A stretch of DNA of 64,000 nt from NCBI RefSeq assembly GCF_046119375.1, contig NW_027362771.1, positions 623,720,001 through 623,784,000 on the forward strand. Reading direction: 5' to 3'. Both the position numbers and the translations under genes were made by a program. The notes below the pieces were generated by a model. It had not been told where the DNA came from, did not search any database, and saw only the letters and a list, made by a program, of their open reading frames with translations. Of the stretch, positions 59,484-64,000 are shown piece by piece (the first letter of the stretch is position 1; each line of letters opens with the position of its first letter). This DNA is from Phyllobates terribilis (Eukaryota).

Positions 59484-62400
59484 TCTATAATATAACCGGA
59501 GATGCGTCCCTCTGTCTGAAGCCTTTATAGACTGCGCATGGGGGATGAGGGGTACCACACATACCAGGATTGGGGGGTGAGGGGACCATGCATACCAGGA
59601 TTGGGGGTGAGGGGACCAAGCATACCAGGATTGGGGGGTGAGGGGACCATGCATACCAGGATTGGGGGGTGAGGGGTACCACGCATACCAGGATTGGGGA
59701 TGAGGGGTATCATGCATACCAGGATTGGGGATGAGAGAGCCATGCATACCAGGATTGGGGATGAGGGGTGCCATGCATACAAGGATTGGGGATGAGGGGT
59801 ATCATGCATACCAGGATTGGGGATGAGGGAGCCATGCAGACCAGGATTGGGGATGAGAGAGCCATTCATACCAGGATTGGGGATGAGGGGTGCCATGCAT
59901 ATCAGGATTGGGGATGAGTGGGCCATGCATGCCAGGATTGGGGATGAGTGAGCCATGCATACCAGGATTGGTGATGAGGGGCATCATGCATACCAGGATT
60001 GGGGATAAGGGAGCCATGCATACCAGGATTGGGGATGAGGGGTGCCATGCATACAAGGATTGGGGATGAGGGGTATCATGCATACCAGGATTGGGGATGA
60101 GGGAGCCATGCAGACCAGGATTGGGGATGAGAGAGCCATTCATACCAGGATTGGGGATGAGGGGTGCCATGCATATCAGGATTGGGGATGAGTGGGCCAT
60201 GCATGCCAGGATTGGGGATGAGTGAGCCATGCATACCAGGATTGGTGATGAGGGGCATCATGCATACCAGGATTGGGGATAAGGGAGCCATGCATACCAG
60301 GATTGGGGATGAGGGGTTCCATGCATACCAGGATTGGGGATGAGGGAGCCATGCATACCAGGATTGGGGATGAGGGGTGCCATGCATATGAGGATTGGGG
60401 ATGAGGGAGCCATGCATACCAGGATTGGGGATGAGGGGTATCATGCATACCAGGATTGGGAATGAGGAAGCCATGCATACCAGGATTGGGGATGAGGGGT
60501 GCCATACATACCAGGATTGGGGATGAGGGGTATCATGCATACCAAGATTGGGGATGAGGGAGCCATGCATACCAGGACAGGGGATGAGGGGTGCCATGCA
60601 TACCAGGAATGAGGATGAGGGATGCCATGCATACCAGGATTAGGGATGAGGGGTGCCATGCATACCAGGATTGGGGATGAGGGGTGCCATGCATACCAGG
60701 ATTGGGGATAAGGGGAGCCATACATACAAGGATTGGGGATGAGGGGTGCCATGCATACCAGGATTGGGGATGAGGGGTGCCATGCATACCAGGATTGGGG
60801 ATGAGGGGTGCCATGCATACAGGGATTGGGGATGAGGGGGGCCATGCATACCGGGATTGGGGATGAGGGGTGCCATGCATACCGGGATTGGGGATGAGGG
60901 GTGACATGTATACCGGGATTGGGGATGAGGGGTGCCATGCATACTGGGATTGGGGATGATGGGTGCCATGCATACCACGATTGGGGGATGAGGGGTACCA
61001 CACATACCAGGATTGGGGGGTGAGGGGACCATGCATACCAGGATTGGGGGGTGAGGGAACCATGCATACCAGGATTGGGGGGTGAGGGGTACCATGCATA
61101 CCAGGATTGGGGGGTGAGGGGTACCTCACATACCAGGATTGGGGGGTGAGGGGTACCACACATACCAGGATGGGGGGGTGAGGGGACCATGCATACCAGG
61201 ATAGGGGAATGAGGGGTACCATGCATACCAGGATATGGGGATGAGGGGTTCCATGCATACCACGATTGGGGGATGAGGGGTACCACACATTCCAGGATTG
61301 GGGGGTGAGGGGACCATGCATACCAGGATAGGGGGGTGAGGGGTACCACACATACCAGGATTGGGGGGTGAGGGGTACCACACATACCAGGATTGGGGGG
61401 TGAGGGGTACCACACATAGCAGGATTGGGGGGTGACTGGTAAAACACATAACAGGATTGGGGGGTGAGGGGTACCACACATACAAGGTTTGGGGGGTGAG
61501 GGGTACCAAACATACCAGGATAGGGGGGTGAGGGGACCATGCATACCAGGATAGGGGGGTGAGGGGACCATGCATACCAGGATTGGTGGGTGAGGGGACC
61601 ATGCATACCAGGATTGGTGGGTGAGGGGACCATGCATACCAGGATTGGGGGGTGAGGGGACCATGCATACCAGGATTGGGGGGTGAGGGGTACCACCCAT
61701 ACCAGGATTGGGGGATGAGGGGACCATGCATACCAGGATTGGGGGATGAGAGGACCATGCATACCAGGAATGGGGGGTGAGGGGTATCACGCATACCAGG
61801 ATTGGGGAAGAGGGGTGCCATGCATATCAGGATTGGGGATGAGGGAGCCATGCATACCAGGATTAGGGATGAGGGGTGCCATGCATACCAGGATTGGGGA
61901 TGAGGGGTATCATGCATACCAGGATTGGGGATGAGAGAGCCATGCATACCAGGATTTGGGATGAGTAGCCATGCATACCAGGATGGGGATGAGGGATGGG
62001 GTACCATGCATACCAGGATGAGGAATACCATACATACCAGGATAGGGATGAGGGATGGGGTACCATGCATACTAGGATAGGGATGAGGGGTGCCGTTCAT
62101 ACCAGGATTGGGGATGAGGGGTGCCACGCATACCAGGATTGGGGATGAGGGGTGCCATGCATATCAGGATTGGGGATGAGGGGTGCCATGCATACCAGGA
62201 TTGGGGGTGAGGGGTGCCATGCATACAAGGATTGGGGCTGAGGGGTGCCATGCATACAAGGATTGGGGCTGAGGGGTGCCATGCATACAAGGATTGGGGC
62301 TGAGGGGTGCCATGCATATCAGGATAGGGATGAGGGGTGCCATGCATACCAGGATTGGGGATGAGGGGTGCCATGCGTACCAGGATAGGATGGTGGGGAC

Positions 62401-62510
62401 AGGATGGGGGCAGCACAAATACCAGGAGGGGGGCAGCACACACCAGCATGGGAGACCATATACCAATAAAAATGCTCACCACCCGGGCGTAGAACGGGTT
62501 CAATAGCTAG
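59484..62510 (+). mobile_element. Non-autonomous Helitron consisting mostly of a G-rich minisatellite
   Basis: A|TCTATAATATA start; ACCCG...CGGGT hairpin then CTAG|T end at 62507-62511. Confidence 0.85.
59545..62390. repeat. 30-32-bp minisatellite (GGGGATGAGGGGTGCCATGCATACCAGGATT), roughly 90 units
   Basis: Period of 31 seen directly (CATACCAGG at 60661 and 60692). Confidence 0.95.
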
Positions 62511-63574
62511 TAATATATAAGGGGGGACGGTGTGAAGGTAATATTTTGTAGGAGAGGAGGTCATATATCGTAAGAAGGACAGTGTGGGGTCACTTTTTGG
62601 GGCAGAGAGCGCAGTGAGGAGCAATTATTTATTAGGGCACAGCAGGGGCATCTATATTTGTTTAGGTGGCATTATAATGATACTTTTCATGTTTAAAGGC
62701 TCCGTGTCCGGATGTGCTGCAGAAGATTGGAGAAGAGGGACGTCTGCGGAGACGAGCTATAGCGTCGGGACCAGATGAAGAAGAAAAGGATGAGAAGAAC
62801 CTCAGAGGAGATGTCACCTAGAAGATACCTGGATCTGAGGCTGCATTTACACTGGTCAATCGCGATGCTTAAAAGACCACTGACCGGTTTTATGAAGCCG
62901 ATCGGCAGTCGTTTATTAGTAGGTCTAGACAGGACAACAGCGCTTTCATGTGCACAAAGCCATCCTTAATATGATCGCTCTGTGCACAGAGAATAAAAAT
63001 GTTCTCGGCAGCACATGTTTACACAGGATGATCTGCTGCCAAGAACAAAGATATTTAAGTAAGCTTAAAGGCAATCTGTCACCACATTTGACCTATCTAA
63101 ATAATTGATATGGGCATATCGCTTATAGACTGCTGCAAATACCGGCTTCAGAGAAAGGTGCCGGCGATATTCATTACTACTTGTAAAGGCTTTATCAAGA
63201 GCAGTACTACTTCCTCTCTGGAGCTTGAGGACGTATGCACATTTGTCTGGAGTTTGTCTACAGCTAAGCAATTTCCCCCTGTTTGTCCACCCCTGTTGTC
63301 TATAGTGTTTAGTGGAGATCGACTAGTGCTCATATCCTCCCTTCCCTAGCCTTAGCCATACGCCAGGGAAAGACAGACAGGGTGAGGCACGCGTGCGGCG
63401 ATTGGTGAAGGACGTTAGGGGAGACAGAGTGACGCTAGATCAACCTAGGAGGTCTCCACTCCCCCTTTTCCCTAGTGTCTGGGCTCCCTTTCCCTCTTCC
63501 CTTTGTGTTGCACTAAGTCTTTCCCACACCTTGCGTGACACCATGATTGTGGAGCCTATTGAAACAGACTAAGG

Positions 63575-64000
63575 GAATTTTTTAGACACTTAATAAGCCT
63601 TTTGCAGGTGTTTTTTGTTAATTATTCTAATTTACTGAGATAATAACTTTTGTGTTTTCATTGGCTGTAATCCATAATCATCAAGATTAATAGAAATAAA
63701 CACGTGAAATAGATCCCTCTGTGTGTAATGACTCTATATAATAGATCCCTCTGCGTGTAATGACTCTATATAATAGATCCCTCTGCGTGTAATGACTCTA
63801 TATAATAGATCACTCTGTGTGTAATGACTCTATAATAGATCCCTCTGTGTGTAATGACTATATAATAGATCCCTCTGTGTGTAATGACTCTATATAATAG
63901 ATCTCTCTGTGTGTAATGACTCTATATAATAGATCCCTCTGCGTGTAATGACTCTATATAATAGATCCCTCTGTGTGTAATGACTCTATATTATAGATCC
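63575..64000 (+). repeat. Tc1-type subterminal sequence with a 32-bp tandem expansion running off the window end
   Basis: AGATCCCTCTG(T/C)GTGTAATGACTCTATATAAT at 63711, 63743, 63775 and onward (~9 copies); the Tc1 assignment comes from recalled resemblance only. Confidence 0.7.

Noticed and set aside
59481-62506. Long ORFs (up to 449 aa) rich in P/H/W/M
   Set aside because: They are translations of a stop-free minisatellite in several frames, with no domain content.

Overview
Repeat-dense vertebrate DNA, very likely anuran (frog); this is inferred from the V2R genes and the transposon mix. Two tandem, same-strand vomeronasal type-2 receptor (class C GPCR) paralogues are present. Gene A has exons 2-6 at 2556-6999, and its exon 1 is not in the window. 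Gene B has all 6 exons at 30336-39762 and encodes an apparently intact 873-aa protein. The rest is nested transposons: hAT elements (one 9.2-kb copy with TIRs, an 8-bp TSD and a captured 18S rRNA fragment), CR1, L2 and L1 LINE pieces, Tc1 fragments, two non-autonomous Helitrons packed with tandem arrays, Penelope-like GIY-YIG fragments with hammerhead-like motifs, and LTR elements. The standout is a young, structurally complete LTR element at 43374-48205 (minus strand). It has 1239-bp LTRs about 99.3% identical, a 4-bp TSD, a tRNA-Ser PBS and a PPT. It has no recognisable gag or pol; its single ORF ends in a Y-box-like cold-shock domain. Two related solo LTRs show covarying terminal hairpins. 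All calls are by eye; no database searches were run.
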